A stretch of DNA of 64,000 nt, taken from Styela clava. Taxonomy: Eukaryota. The notes under the pieces were generated by a model that saw nothing but the letters and a program-made list of their open reading frames with translations, did no database searches and was not told where the DNA came from. The stretch covers positions 18,352,001 to 18,416,000 of the forward strand of contig NC_135251.1 in the NCBI RefSeq assembly GCF_964204865.1, given 5' to 3'. Made by a program: the position numbers and the translations under genes. Of the stretch, positions 13,355-25,532 are shown one piece after another; the first letter of the stretch is position 1; the number at the start of each line of letters is the position of its first letter.

Positions 13355-15061
13355 TTTTTCTCAAAATCGTTAAACCCAGCCCAACGGAAATATTCTACTT
13401 TTGATCGGGAACTACTGGCTGCTTATCTGAGTGTCAAACATTTTCGATATGATTTGGAAGGACGTTCGTTTTTCATCCTCTCTGACCATAAACCATTGAC
13501 GTATGCCCTACACAAAAGTGCTGAAAGATCATCTCCACGACAAGTTCGTCATCTCGATTTTATAAGTCAATACACAAATGACATGAGATATATTGCTGGA
13601 AGCAGTAATGTGGTAGCCGATGCTTTGTCTAGAGCGACAATTGCCGCATTCTCACACTTGCCTACAACTCTAACCTTGTCTGACATCGCTTTGGAACAAC
13701 GTAAGGATCCGGACATTCAAAACCTGTACAATGAACCTAAAAGCATGGAATTACGATTTGTGAAACTTAGTGACGATTTACATCTACTATGCGATTCAAA
13801 ACTATCAACACTACGCCCAGTTATTCCGAAGAAATTTCGAAAACGTATATTCGATACGAATCATCAATTAAGTCACCCTGGAATTCGAGCAACTCAAGAT
13901 CTTATTCAAGCAAGATATATTTGGCCAAACATGAACATTGACATCAGGAAAATGTGCCGAGCGTGTATTCCATGCCAATCATGTAAAATTCAAAGGCACA
14001 CGATCTCACCTTTGCAAACTATCGTAACTCCAGACGAAAGATTCTACCATATCAACATTGACATTGCTGGACCTTTACCACCATCTAACCGATATAATTA
14101 TATACTTCTCGTTGTGGACAAATTTTCGAGATGGGTGGAAGCTATTCCTATCAAAGACATAACATCTGAAACGGTAGTTAAAACATTTTTTCTGTTCTGG
14201 ATTTCTAAATATGGCGTACCTGCAATCATCACCAGTGACCGTGGAGGTTGCTTTCAAAGTGTTCTATGGCAAGAAGCAATGCAATTTCTCGGTTCTCAAC
14301 ACATTTCAACTACTAGCTATCACCCAGCCTCAAACGCAGCTGTTGAAAGACAAATACGACAATTAAAAGCATCTCTGATGACTCACTGCCGGAATACTGC
14401 AGATTGGTATCAAAACTTGGGTTTAGTTCTACTTGGCATGCGAACTGCCATTAAACAGGACTTAGGATACAGTAGCGCCGAACTACTTTATGGAACACCA
14501 TTGAAATTGCCTGGAGAATTTTTCTCGACCAACCAACCGGGTATCAACACTAACCCTCAGGCGTTTATGAAACGCTTGAGCAATTTCATCAATAAGTTGA
14601 AACCAATCCAACCGAAAACACCTCTAAATAGAAAGACATTCTTATCACCAGAATTGAATACTTGCAGTCACATCTTTCTACGTGTTGACGCAGTTAGAAG
14701 ACCACTGGTACCACCTTATCAAGGACCTTTTCGTGTTATACAAAAATACGACAAGTTTTTTAAGATTGATTTTAAAGGCAAACCTACCACTGTTTCTATT
14801 GATAGAGTTAAGCCGGCTCATGAAGAAATTTTCACTCCCGATACTCAAGACATTTCTAATTCAAATACCCCAACTACTGAATCTGACGTACTAATACACA
14901 GATATAACGTACGAATATCAACCGATATTGACGACTCTTTACTTATTACGCAGAACGAGGAAACTAATAGCAATCAACAAGGTTTAGGATCAATACAATC
15001 AAGGACTCGACACGGAAGGACAACTAGACCGCCACAGAGAGACGATTATGTTTACTATTAA
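13355..15061 (+). CDS. pol: Truncated pol: RNase H C-terminal part plus complete integrase (first ATG at 13583)
   Basis: FFSK..YSTFDRELLA..SDHKPL..NVVADALSR. HHCC zinc finger, D,D(35)E (IDIAG, SDRG, VER) and GPY/F (PPYQGPF) motifs. Motif style resembles the CsRn1/Kabuki clade. The frame is closed upstream by TGA at 13352. Confidence 0.95.
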   Translation, partial: FFSKSLNPAQRKYSTFDRELLAAYLSVKHFRYDLEGRSFFILSDHKPLTYALHKSAERSSPRQVRHLDFISQYTNDMRYIAGSSNVVADALSRATIAAFSHLPTTLTLSDIALEQRKDPDIQNLYNEPKSMELRFVKLSDDLHLLCDSKLSTLRPVIPKKFRKRIFDTNHQLSHPGIRATQDLIQARYIWPNMNIDIRKMCRACIPCQSCKIQRHTISPLQTIVTPDERFYHINIDIAGPLPPSNRYNYILLVVDKFSRWVEAIPIKDITSETVVKTFFLFWISKYGVPAIITSDRGGCFQSVLWQEAMQFLGSQHISTTSYHPASNAAVERQIRQLKASLMTHCRNTADWYQNLGLVLLGMRTAIKQDLGYSSAELLYGTPLKLPGEFFSTNQPGINTNPQAFMKRLSNFINKLKPIQPKTPLNRKTFLSPELNTCSHIFLRVDAVRRPLVPPYQGPFRVIQKYDKFFKIDFKGKPTTVSIDRVKPAHEEIFTPDTQDISNSNTPTTESDVLIHRYNVRISTDIDDSLLITQNEETNSNQQGLGSIQSRTRHGRTTRPPQRDDYVYY

Positions 15062-16994
15062 GTGCCTCGCAATCTGTATGTATCTTTTTGTTTATTCGTC
15101 TAGTCTGCCATTTAAATCTGCTTTACCAACTCCAACAGTTACAGTAAACCTATGCCACCCCAATAGACCCAAAGCTGAATACTTTATTCAGAAGCCCAAT
15201 AATTGTACTAAGGAGACACCCCAAACCATTAAGCAATGCTCTGTTACGGTACATGAATTATCTTCTAGCTATACAAATATTACTTTATATGTATGTCAGA
15301 AATCTGCTACTAAATGGTCTAGTCATTATTTTTTCTTTGGTGCACATTCGAGTAAACTGACTTCTACCATGATAGAACCACCCACCCCTTTATATTGTGA
15401 AGATTGGGTACACACGTTAAAAGCTGATAATATTGGAGATTTAGAACCCACTTCCCCAGATACTTGGTCCACTCAAAACAAGGCAAAAGTTACTTATAGT
15501 TGGCCATCCTCTAGACACGGACAAGTGATCAATGCTCATTTGTCTCGTATTCAAATTTCGTATGATCCTTTTCATGGGGTAATGTTAGGTGCTTTCCCTT
15601 CAATTTCCACCTGCAACATATTAACTGGGTCATGCACGTTAGGAAGTCAAACTTTAATTTGGAAACACCACCCTTTAATTGATTGCCCTCAATACCAAAC
15701 AACTGTTACTGAAACTATTTTACATTATAATTCTTCTAATCAGATTTACCGCTTAGATTTTCCAAAACTTGGGCAATCAATCCATAACTGGGGTTCATGT
15801 GGCAAGTCAGTTAAAAGATGTTTTAAGTCTGATACTCTTTGTACCAATAATGGTTTGTTATTCGAAACGCAACAATGCATTGCACTTGATGGTTCATCCC
15901 TTTTTACTCTTAAATATCCCGCCTTTAATTACGATTATACTGTAAAGAATTTTTCAGAATCTTCTCCTCTAATTGGGTTTTTTCAAGAAAGCACTGATAG
16001 GGTTTCCGAGGTAATAAACAAATTGACAGCAGATATTAATTATTTGGAATGCCAAATTGAAAGCATTCTAACCACTAATATTAAACTCCTGTCTAAACAA
16101 TACCCCGGTAAGATCCTAAGTCAGTTACTAGGTGGGAACAGAGCAGCTATCACCGTGGGTGATATATTGACCGAAATTGAATGCCAACGTATTAACGTTA
16201 CCGTTCTTAGGAACCTCTTTTCACATGGTAAATATGCTACCCGACCTTTAGTGCACTTTATTAATAATAGCAATGAAACGATCATTGCACAAATATTCCC
16301 TGATTCTAACGCTTATGTGGGTATTCATTTTTTTGAAAATTATACGCCTGGTCGTATATTTACGTTTCAAATTGACGGTCGGTTCTATAACTACGTCAAT
16401 TATACTTTAAATCATGCGGATATGCATGTAAAATTTCTGAGACCCACATTCAAGCCTTTTGTCGACAATTTTAATCCTATCGATTACAATGAAGCATATA
16501 ACGAATTACCAAGGGGACACCAGGGTTATGATGATATTAATAATATGTTATTATCAATCAGCCACATTAACCTTATTCGAGAACGAATATTAAGTGAGCA
16601 AACCCTAACTAATGCAGATAGCACATCAGACACTGATACTGATGCTATCTCACATGAAGTGCAAGACACTTTTGTTCATGCCCTCTCCTTCATTAAGACT
16701 TCAATTTTATCAGGTATTTATATGCTCTTATTCCATTTATCTCTCATTTGGGCCACTATTTGGACCGTTTGTTTTATCAAGAAACTTTGCCCAAAACTGA
16801 GAGATGAAGGACTTCCTAGAATACAACGGCTTCGGCAATACTTGGCTGCTCGCAGGGAACAAGTGAACCCTGTTGAACCACCTCAACCTCTTGTGCAAAA
16901 CAATAGACAAGATCAGGGGGGTCAAATCTATCAATCTAGATCAAATCCCAATAATAGATCAAATTCGAACTTATACCCTAGTCTGGCAGACTAG
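15048..16994 (+). CDS. env: Envelope glycoprotein, class III viral fusogen-like (648 aa)
   Basis: Signal peptide, Cys-rich ectodomain, N-glycosylation sequons and C-terminal transmembrane helix. LSKQYPGKILSQLLG..AITVGDIL..EC and YATRPLVHF..FQIDGRFYNYVNY resemble herpesvirus gB domains III/IV. Confidence 0.85.
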   Translation: MFTIKCLAICMYLFVYSSSLPFKSALPTPTVTVNLCHPNRPKAEYFIQKPNNCTKETPQTIKQCSVTVHELSSSYTNITLYVCQKSATKWSSHYFFFGAHSSKLTSTMIEPPTPLYCEDWVHTLKADNIGDLEPTSPDTWSTQNKAKVTYSWPSSRHGQVINAHLSRIQISYDPFHGVMLGAFPSISTCNILTGSCTLGSQTLIWKHHPLIDCPQYQTTVTETILHYNSSNQIYRLDFPKLGQSIHNWGSCGKSVKRCFKSDTLCTNNGLLFETQQCIALDGSSLFTLKYPAFNYDYTVKNFSESSPLIGFFQESTDRVSEVINKLTADINYLECQIESILTTNIKLLSKQYPGKILSQLLGGNRAAITVGDILTEIECQRINVTVLRNLFSHGKYATRPLVHFINNSNETIIAQIFPDSNAYVGIHFFENYTPGRIFTFQIDGRFYNYVNYTLNHADMHVKFLRPTFKPFVDNFNPIDYNEAYNELPRGHQGYDDINNMLLSISHINLIRERILSEQTLTNADSTSDTDTDAISHEVQDTFVHALSFIKTSILSGIYMLLFHLSLIWATIWTVCFIKKLCPKLRDEGLPRIQRLRQYLAARREQVNPVEPPQPLVQNNRQDQGGQIYQSRSNPNNRSNSNLYPSLAD

Positions 16995-17270
16995 TCGAAT
17001 AGCAATGCTCATATTGTACATATATATTATACTTTAACATGATTTCTTTCTAACATGTGTTTTACGAAGAATTAAATACTTCGTGCATTTACATCAATAC
17101 CTATAACAATAATATACCTCATGTATAACTATCTCAGGAATAACTATATTTAATCTACCTTTATACAGCTTAAAATTTATTTTTTATTTTTAGTTGAATT
17201 TCATGAAAACAGCACGTCATTTCCGCCTTCTCAGCCCAAATTGCATCATTAGAATTCTCCGAACTCCTGC

Positions 17271-18008
17271 GGGGGAGTTATGTAGCCAATTAGTTGTTAT
17301 GTAACTACAAAACTACACCAAATTGGCCCAATTCGTGAGAAACTCATGAAAACCAAAATTAATTATTCCCGTTATAGCAATTATCAATTTCTCAAAATCC
17401 AATTTCAAGATTTAATAGCATTTCGGTGCCATCCCATGTAAAAATAAAATTTATTTCCAGTAATATTCCAATAACGTAAATTCGAAATATCTTGTTAAAA
17501 CCAAATTATCCACTTGAGAACAATTTTTTACATCTCATAATTGGAGTAAGTACGTGACCAGGAACACGGTGACTTGGCAATAACATGTTAATTGCTAGTA
17601 ATGAACTTCAAGAAAACACTTTTAATAATGTTTGATTATAGTGAACCGAAAGCTAACCAGAAACCGGAATGACGCGTGATTCTTTAATCGTTAATGTAAA
17701 AATCTGTTTCTTTATTCTATTTTAATTGCTTGGTAGAAAGCTATATATTCAGCAACGTGTTTTGTTTTAATCAGACTAGATTTGATCAAATTGTGTGTAC
17801 ATTGTATTTCTGTATATATTGTCGGAATTGCAATAAACTCATAAGGTGTTTTCAAACGTCTCCTTACTACAGCCGAAGGCTATCGACAGATAGACAGTTC
17901 GAGTTAACGAACGCAAGACAAAACTATTGTCAGTCAATGCTGGGGTTATAACACATAAACCAGACCAATCTACAAACAATCTATGTGTAGTGATAACTAA
18001 TCACTATA
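17271..18008 (+). repeat. Polypurine tract (17271-17277) and 3' LTR (17281-18008)
   Basis: gggggag, then tta, then TGTAG start. Internal TATA-like tatata and AATAAA. Ends ctata at the TSD. Confidence 0.8.
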
Positions 18009-18185
18009 GCTTTCCAATAGCGCAATAGTTGTTTTCTGCACTTCTCTCTTGTATCCCTTTCCATGATCGTTTATAATTTTTCCGAAATCAATTTATAACA
18101 GTAAGGTAGCAAGTAACTCTAGCCAACATGAGCTATACTTCATAAATCAGGCAGAAAGAAGAAAAAGGGCGGCACAGACGACATA

Positions 18186-18615
18186 CCGTATTTCCCGGCG
18201 AATAAGTCTACCCTGTAAATAAGACGAGGCCGGTTTTTAAGCCTGAAAACATGGGTTTTTGCATATAACCTACAATAAGTCGGGGTAGTAAAATCGCATC
18301 AACATCGGAATCTCAAACTACCATGCAATGCCTTTTGAGCGGTCGCCGCGTTTGCGCATTGGTTAATATAGCCTATAATGACGTTTTTTGCAAGGTAATA
18401 TTCAATCCATAATAACTACGGGAATTCGAACTGTCTTTAAATTTTAATCTAATTGTGTTCAACTCGTGATTGCGTCCACCATAAAAGAACATTAGCTAAT
18501 TCATAATAAGGCGACACCAAAAAAATGAAAATTACCAGACTCGCCTAATAAGACGACCCCCTCAAAATCAGGCCAAAAATTTGGGTCTAGAAAAGCGACT
18601 TTTTCGCCGGGAAAT
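18186..18615. mobile_element. Unit-2 copy of the Tc2-like MITE, right TIR clipped by a ~220-bp deletion
   Basis: gggaaat joins directly to gaaggtgaagg. Unit 1 retains 2903-3123. Confidence 0.85.
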
Positions 18616-21600
18616 GAAGGTGAAGGATCTTGTTTTCAAGGCCTCGCTCGCGTGCCGAATAAATAGTATCCGTACGTTATACGCATACGGATTCACCATT
18701 GCAAAAAAATTTGAAAATTCCACTGGATGGAATATTACTAAATAATTAAATGGGCCTCTGCGCATTATTTCCACAAATACATACAGAAAATATGAAAATT
18801 CCGCTACATCCACATTGACAGATCAAATAATCATGTTTTTCCAGCAGCACAAGAAATGCATTTGTCGTTGATTAACATCAAAATGAATGGGAAGGTAATG
18901 TGTTTGAAGACAAACGTATGATTTTCAGATAAATCCAATTTCAAACTCAGATTTAGGGATATGTTTCACAGCAAACGCGCGATAGGATATACTACGAAAT
19001 GTTCCGATATTTTATATGAACCAAGCACAGCACTAAATTATCAGCTTCGACAAAAAAAATGACAATGAATTAGCTAACCCAATTTTTTGACATAGACACG
19101 TACCTACAGGGGACAAAGGTCTCTTTGGAAGCAAGAAATTATCAGCTTCGAAAATAGAAAATTACAATAAATACCTAACCCAATTTACTGATAATAACAC
19201 AGCAGCTTATATTCACGTCATAAATCATTTTGACTAAATATTTTCATCAATTTAGTATCTCGGACGTTTTGGGATAAATTGGACATAGGAAATGATTGCT
19301 TGGGTGCATAGCGATACTCTGATAATAATAGGTGCATAGAAATTTGATCGTCTTTTTTTTTTTGGTGACACTACGCATTTCCACTCACAACATCTGTTGA
19401 TCATTATACCGATACAAGAGAAGAATTTTGTACGCGTATATATCGTTTGCATTAACATTGAATATTTTGCTTTGCTTTTAGTTGAATATTTGTGTGTGTA
19501 GGTCAGAGTGATCTTCATATCACTGACATGTATGTCATTACAATAAACAAAATGTAAATTAGATGCTTCAGTAAAATTATGGCTGTGTTGTCGTCCGGGA
19601 CCGTATTCCTTTATGGATAAATGATTTCATTTTCATCAATTAGCTATGATATGAAGACGTGGAAAGTCCAGTCTTAAGTAATAATCCTGCAATAATTATG
19701 TACACAAGATCATAATGCCAAGAGAATTCCGAGTTCATTTAACACAAACTTTTATTTTATTTTTTTATTTCGTCATGCCGAGTTCAGATTTATACAGATG
19801 AGCATGTTTCAACTATTACAAGAAAGGGCCATAACATGCACATAAATATTGGGTATAACATTGTTGAGTGTGTTTTCAATGGAGGCAAATTATGGGCACC
19901 TGAACAACAATAGGGAGGGACAGTTAAGCAGCAAATTATTGAGTTGAATATCCCGCAGTGTTTGTGACGAATAAATATTAGTAAACTAAACATTCTTCAA
20001 GTACTCCGCAAACAGCACAGATGAAGTTTTCTGATTGGGTGAACGCCACGATGACCTTCAACTGTTGACTATGAATAATTTCACTTTTAAAATAAATGGC
20101 TAATAACTATTCAGTCAGTAATCGTATATAACGCTCAAATTAAACAAATGAATGGATAGGCTACCCCTCTTGTATATTCATTCCTAGACTCTCCAACGTT
20201 CCAAATCGTTAATCAAATGAGAAACGTTGAAAATACATGAATGATACATAATATAGTAATATTTATATGTACAATAGTATCTGTACGTTATACGCATACG
20301 GATTCATCATTACAAAGAAATATGAAAATTCCACTGGATGGAATAACCCCAAGTAAATAAATGGGCCTCTGCGCATAATTGCACAAATACATACAGTAAA
20401 TGTAAAAATTCTGCTACATCCACATTGACAGATCAAATAATCATGTTTTTCCAGTAGCACAAAAATGTATATGTCGTTGATAAACATCAAAAAGAATGGG
20501 AAGGTAATGTGCTTGAAAAAAAAACGTATGATTTCCAGATAAAACTAATTGTAAACTCAGATTTAGGGATATGTTTCACAGCAAACGCGCGATAGGATAT
20601 ACTACGAAATGTTCCGATATTTTATACGAACTTGATTCTACACCAAGCCTATTGAAATATACTCTAACCACAGTTTCTTTAAAGCACAGCACTAAATTAT
20701 CAGCTTCGAAAAAGAAAAATTACAATGAATTACCTAATCCAATTTTTTGACAGACGTACCTACAGGGGACAAAGGTCTCTTTGGAAATACGAAATTATCA
20801 GCTTCGAAAATGGAAAATTACAATAAATACCTAACCCAATTTACTGACAATAACATGGCAGCTTATATTCACGTCATAAATCATTTTGACCAAATATTTT
20901 CATCAATTTAGTATTTCGGACGTTTTGGGATAAATTGAACATTGGGAATGATTGCTTGGGTGCATAGCGATACTCTGATAATAATAGGTGCATAGAAATT
21001 TGATCGTCTTTATTTGGGTGAAACTACGCATTTCCACTCACAACATCTGTTGATCATTATACCGATACAAGAGAAGAATTTTGTACGCGTATATCATTTG
21101 CATTAACATTAAATATTTCGCTTCTAGTTGAATATTAGTGTGTGTAGGTCAGAGCTATCTTCATATCATTTACATGTATGTCACTACAATTAACAAGATA
21201 TAAATTAGATTCTCCAGTAAAATATAGGCTTTATGAGCGCCCGGAACCGTATTGTTTCACTTTCATTAATTACCTATGATATGAAGCCATGAAAAGTCCA
21301 GTCTTGCGTATTGATTCTGCAAAAAGGATGTACCAAAGATCACAATGCCGAGAGAATTCCAGATTTATTCATGTTTCCAAACACGTACGTCTTGCTAGCT
21401 CTTATTAACCAGCATCCAAAACCAAGAAAAACATTGTTCTCAAATACATACGATTTCTGATTTTAGACCAATATAGTAACAATCTTGTTTCGGACCAGGA
21501 GTGAATTAATTTCTATACATGTATATGTCTTTTTTCTACTGTGTTGACAATACTAATTCATTGTTTCATTGTACGAAACCATTCGTTGTATAAAACAATC

Positions 21601-21835
21601 CGTCATCAGTCTTGCATAAACGATATCTTTCTATATTTATGTAAAGTAATTCCGAAAACTCAGCGATATCAACTCACTGAATATAAAATTTCTATTTTCT
21701 CAATTTGACGAAAATCGTTTCTCGAAGGTATAAATTGAATGCAAAAAATGTGTCTGAATTCAAACATCACACTATCAAGAAGAAGTAGTACTCAATTTAA
21801 GGAAATTTCTCAACGTCGATACGCACTATACAAAA

Positions 21836-24600
21836 ATGAAGGTGAAGTAAATTTTTAAGATTTATTCATCTATTCTAGATTATTTGAATATATGCACTGT
21901 TCCACTATTGTTAATGGTGGATAATTCACGGACGAAAATTTAAAATACAATTTTTTTTTACTTTCAGGCACATCAAGTCAGCGGTGTAATTATACTTGTA
22001 TTCCTTGCAAATTGTCAAAGATGTTTTTCACGTCGAATTTATGATGCAGAAGCTCAATTTCTATCCAGGTAAGAAAAACAAATTAAAATGAGCCAACTTC
22101 GAAAAAATATTGATATGTAAGAAATGTATAAATATTTCCTCAATTTCCAGCGAACATCTAGATGAATCAGCTGATTTCCCAAGCTACAGAGAAATAAAAA
22201 GACAGTCGGTATGTTACAAAATAGATTTTCATAAATGTAATTTGTTGTAGCGATTGTTAAGGTGGTTTTCAAGCTCTATATCAGTGGTTCTCAACCGGGG
22301 GTTCGCGAAGCATTTCCAGGGGGTCCGCGATTAAATTTAGATTTTATGAAATTATTTGCATTTTAATATCGTTTTTATTTGTAATACGCTCGAACATTTG
22401 CTGCCTATGACAATGGGACAATAGCCTACAAAAACTATTTTGATTTACCTCCCGTAGACCTATTGTGACAAATACGAGTTATGACATCACAATGATAAAT
22501 ACGAGAACGCAGCTACAGTGATTTCAAGGGTATGTAGTCATTGGTCACATTCTCATTTGAAGCGAAGTAGCTAGTTGTTCTACAGCCAACAAAGGAGATC
22601 GTGTTGCTTTCCAAAATTTAACCAGCATGGCTAAATCGAGAAAGTACTCGGAAAGTTATCTTGAAATGGGGTTTACCTCAGTGTCAGAGGGTGGCAAGGA
22701 AAAACCGCAATGCGTTTTATGCTATGCTGTCCTCAGCAACTTTCTCAAAAATCCCTTTCTCAGTTTTGGAGCGCCATTTTGCCGTCGGACCCAAAAGTAT
22801 CGATGGAAGCATTACGTGTTATTGTCCCATTTGCCTCCACTTACCTTTGTAAAAGTGGATTTTCTGCTCTCGTCCATATCAAATGCAAGGCTCGTAGCCA
22901 ACTAAACGTCGAAGACGATATGCGTCTATCGTTATCGAAAACACGACCACGTATTTCAAGACTTGCTTCTGATATGCAACAGCAGAAATCCCATTAAGTG
23001 TTTTCGATTTTACAAAATAAATGAAAATGTCCACTAGTTTGGTGTTATTATTGACTTGGTTAAATCTGTATGGAACATTAGGTTGCTGTTCAAGCTATAA
23101 ACTAAATTTCAAATAAAAAACATTTGAGAGCACCAGAAGGGTCCGCAAAGACAAAAAGGTTGAGAACCACTGCTCTATATTAACAAATTTTCTCCAAGAA
23201 TACTAATTGACTGCGTAAAACAACCAAGCACTATAGCACGTCAATTGAAGTTAAGGATGCTTGGATAAAAAACATACAGCCCCGGTGCACACAACTACCT
23301 ACCGTATGTCATGTTGTAAGCGGCGCAACGCTTTTCTCTGTGGTCTATGTGGCACCTGTATGTCATATGTAGCATTCCCACTGTTGTTGATTATGCAAAA
23401 TTAAACCGCTTTTGAATTATAGGCTGACCCAAAAGTATCGATGGAAGCATTACGTGTTATTGTCCCATTTGCCTCCACTTACCTTTGTAAAAGTGGATTT
23501 TCTGCTCTCGTCCATATCAAATGCAAGGCTCGTAGCCAACTAAACGTCGAAGACGATATGCGTCTATCGTTATCGAAAACACGACCACGTATTTCAAGAC
23601 TTGCTTCTGATATGCAACAGCAGAAATCCCATTAAGTGTTTTCGATTTTACAAAATAAATGAAAATGTCCACTAGTTTGGTGTTATTATTGACTTGGTTA
23701 AATCTGTATGGAACATTAGGTTGCTGTTCAAGCTATAAACTAAATTTCAAATAAAAAACATTTGAGAGCACCAGAAGGGTCCGCAAAGACAAAAAGGTTG
23801 AGAACCACTGCTCTATATTAACAAATTTTCTCCAAGAATACTAATTGACTGCGTAAAACAACCAAGCACTATAGCACGTCAATTGAAGTTAAGGATGCTT
23901 GGATAAAAAACATACAGCCCCGGTGCACACAACTACCTACCGTATGTCATGTTGTAAGCGGCGCAACGCTTTTCTCTGTGGTCTATGTGGCACCTGTATG
24001 TCATATGTAGCATTCCCACTGTTGTTGATTATGCAAAATTAAACCGCTTTTGAATTATAGGCTGATTGTCCATCAATCATTGACTCGCCAAGACATTGTC
24101 CATACGTCAGAGGATACTCTGGAACGAATGATCAAGAAAATCTATCAGGAAGTAGCATTACTCCTTGGACAACAAGGTAAGTTGATCAGGTTCGATTGAT
24201 CGTTTTACAAACATAAAATTTGCATTGACTGTTGTTTTAACATTACAACGCGGGGTTGCATTATGTTACTTTATTTTGTAGTGGAAATGTAGGACAATTT
24301 TGAGAAAATATTTGAACCTTCAATTTTTCATTTTATAAAAGCATTATGTTTTGATTTGTTTACAGAATTGACATGGATCCTTTACGCTCACCCCAGGCTT
24401 TTCCAGTAGTGTGTTGTGCATGCACCCACTGCGTTGACATGTCTGGTTCCGAGCCTAAAATCCTGCGAGAACATTACAGTGAGAAAGTCTACGTAAAAAA
24501 GGAAGTGAGAAGAGCGGAGGATGGATTTCGACCTCGCTATATCAAAGTAGCTGTTGGATGCACCTGTGTTCACAAACCCTTTGGTGGACATCGAATGTAA
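21836..24600 (+). CDS. IL17: IL-17 family cytokine, copy 2. Exons 21836-21841, 21968-22068, 22151-22208, 23280-23303 and/or 23918-23941, 24061-24176, 24366-24600
   Basis: Same structure as copy 1. ORF track 24373..24600 shows CCACTHC and VAVGCTCV. Confidence 0.88.
22282..23172 (+). mobile_element. Unit-2 copy of the intronic hAT element
   Basis: Same TIRs and TSD ctctatat as 6785..7662. Confidence 0.95.
22790..24065 (+). repeat. 638-bp direct tandem duplication (22790-23427 / 23428-24065)
   Basis: Junction aggctga|cccaaaag with 2-bp microhomology GA. The two copies look identical. Confidence 0.92.
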
Positions 24601-24914
24601 CCTGAAACATGAAGTTTAATTTGTCGTTTACTTTTAAAATATGTTTTAAAATATTTTGAGAATTTCATCAAATGCTTTAAATACTTTTAGGAAATGTTTT
24701 ATGTACTACAGCCCAACGAAGTAAAGTTTGTCTCGTGTGGCGGTTGATTTTTATGAAGCGTGTAAATATTTTATATATTCTACGAAAAGGAATCGATTTC
24801 AAGGAAAAGTCTACACTGAATTTATTCACACAAAGTTATTTATATGTTCGTTTTTCATATAAAAATCATGTGAATTTTGTTCTACTTTATTGTGAATAGT
24901 ATTATTATTTAGTG

Positions 24915-24996
24915 CAGTGGTTTTCAGCCCTTTTGGTGGAGCAAAACCCCAATGAAACATTCCAGAGGCTCGCTGATCCCCGGTTGAAAGCCACTG
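24915..24996. mobile_element. 82-bp hAT MITE
   Basis: cagtggttttcagcc...ggttgaaagccactg with perfect TSD atttagtg. Confidence 0.85.
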
Positions 24997-25532
24997 ATTT
25001 AGTGTGTATTTAAGCTATTATTTATCAATACATATATTTTTTTCTGCGTTTAATCATTGACTATTTTACCAAACGAGTGTTATAATAAATAATGTAAGTG
25101 TGTTAAAATATGTTAATCTCAGAGTTTTTGAAAATGTCGAAATGTTTTGCGATAAAATTAATATGAAGGAAACACTTAGAATGTGTCAAAATGTACCCAT
25201 TATTTGGCTCTTTGCGAGATTTTGAAACAAAATTAAAGGCAAATAAAGAAGAATCTTCTATTTCTTCATCAGTTTGGACTATTTATTATATTTGGATGTT
25301 CGATTTATAATGGTTTCTATATCACAGCTGTTCACATAACCAGTATTAACGTTTATACCGCTAATCGTTCGTTACAGATCACAAAAGAAACAAGACGTTT
25401 ATGTTTGTCAAATAAAATAGGAAAGAATATTTTGTATCGTAATAGCAATCTTTCAATAGTATAATTGAAGTGTAATAAAATTACGTGAAGTGTAAATACT
25501 TATAAACTTTGATTAGCAGTGATTGCGATCAT

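Larger units (their letters stand above)
13040..18008 (+). mobile_element. Ty3/Gypsy-derived integrase + env element with inverted LTR-like ends; gag, protease and RT absent
   Basis: Absent from the paralogous site in unit 1 (gatggctttccaatag near 2292). TSD GCTT at 13036-13039 and 18009-18012. Termini TATAG...CTATA. Confidence 0.92.
12630..18662 (-). mobile_element. Unit-2 copy of the 1890 hAT element, interrupted by the retroelement
   Basis: Matches 1890..2300 and resumes after 18008. Confidence 0.85.

Noticed and set aside
13040-18008. Complete autonomous LTR retrotransposon or DIRS element
   Set aside because: There is no gag, protease, RT, PBS or direct 5' LTR. It has a DDE integrase and a TSD, not a tyrosine recombinase.
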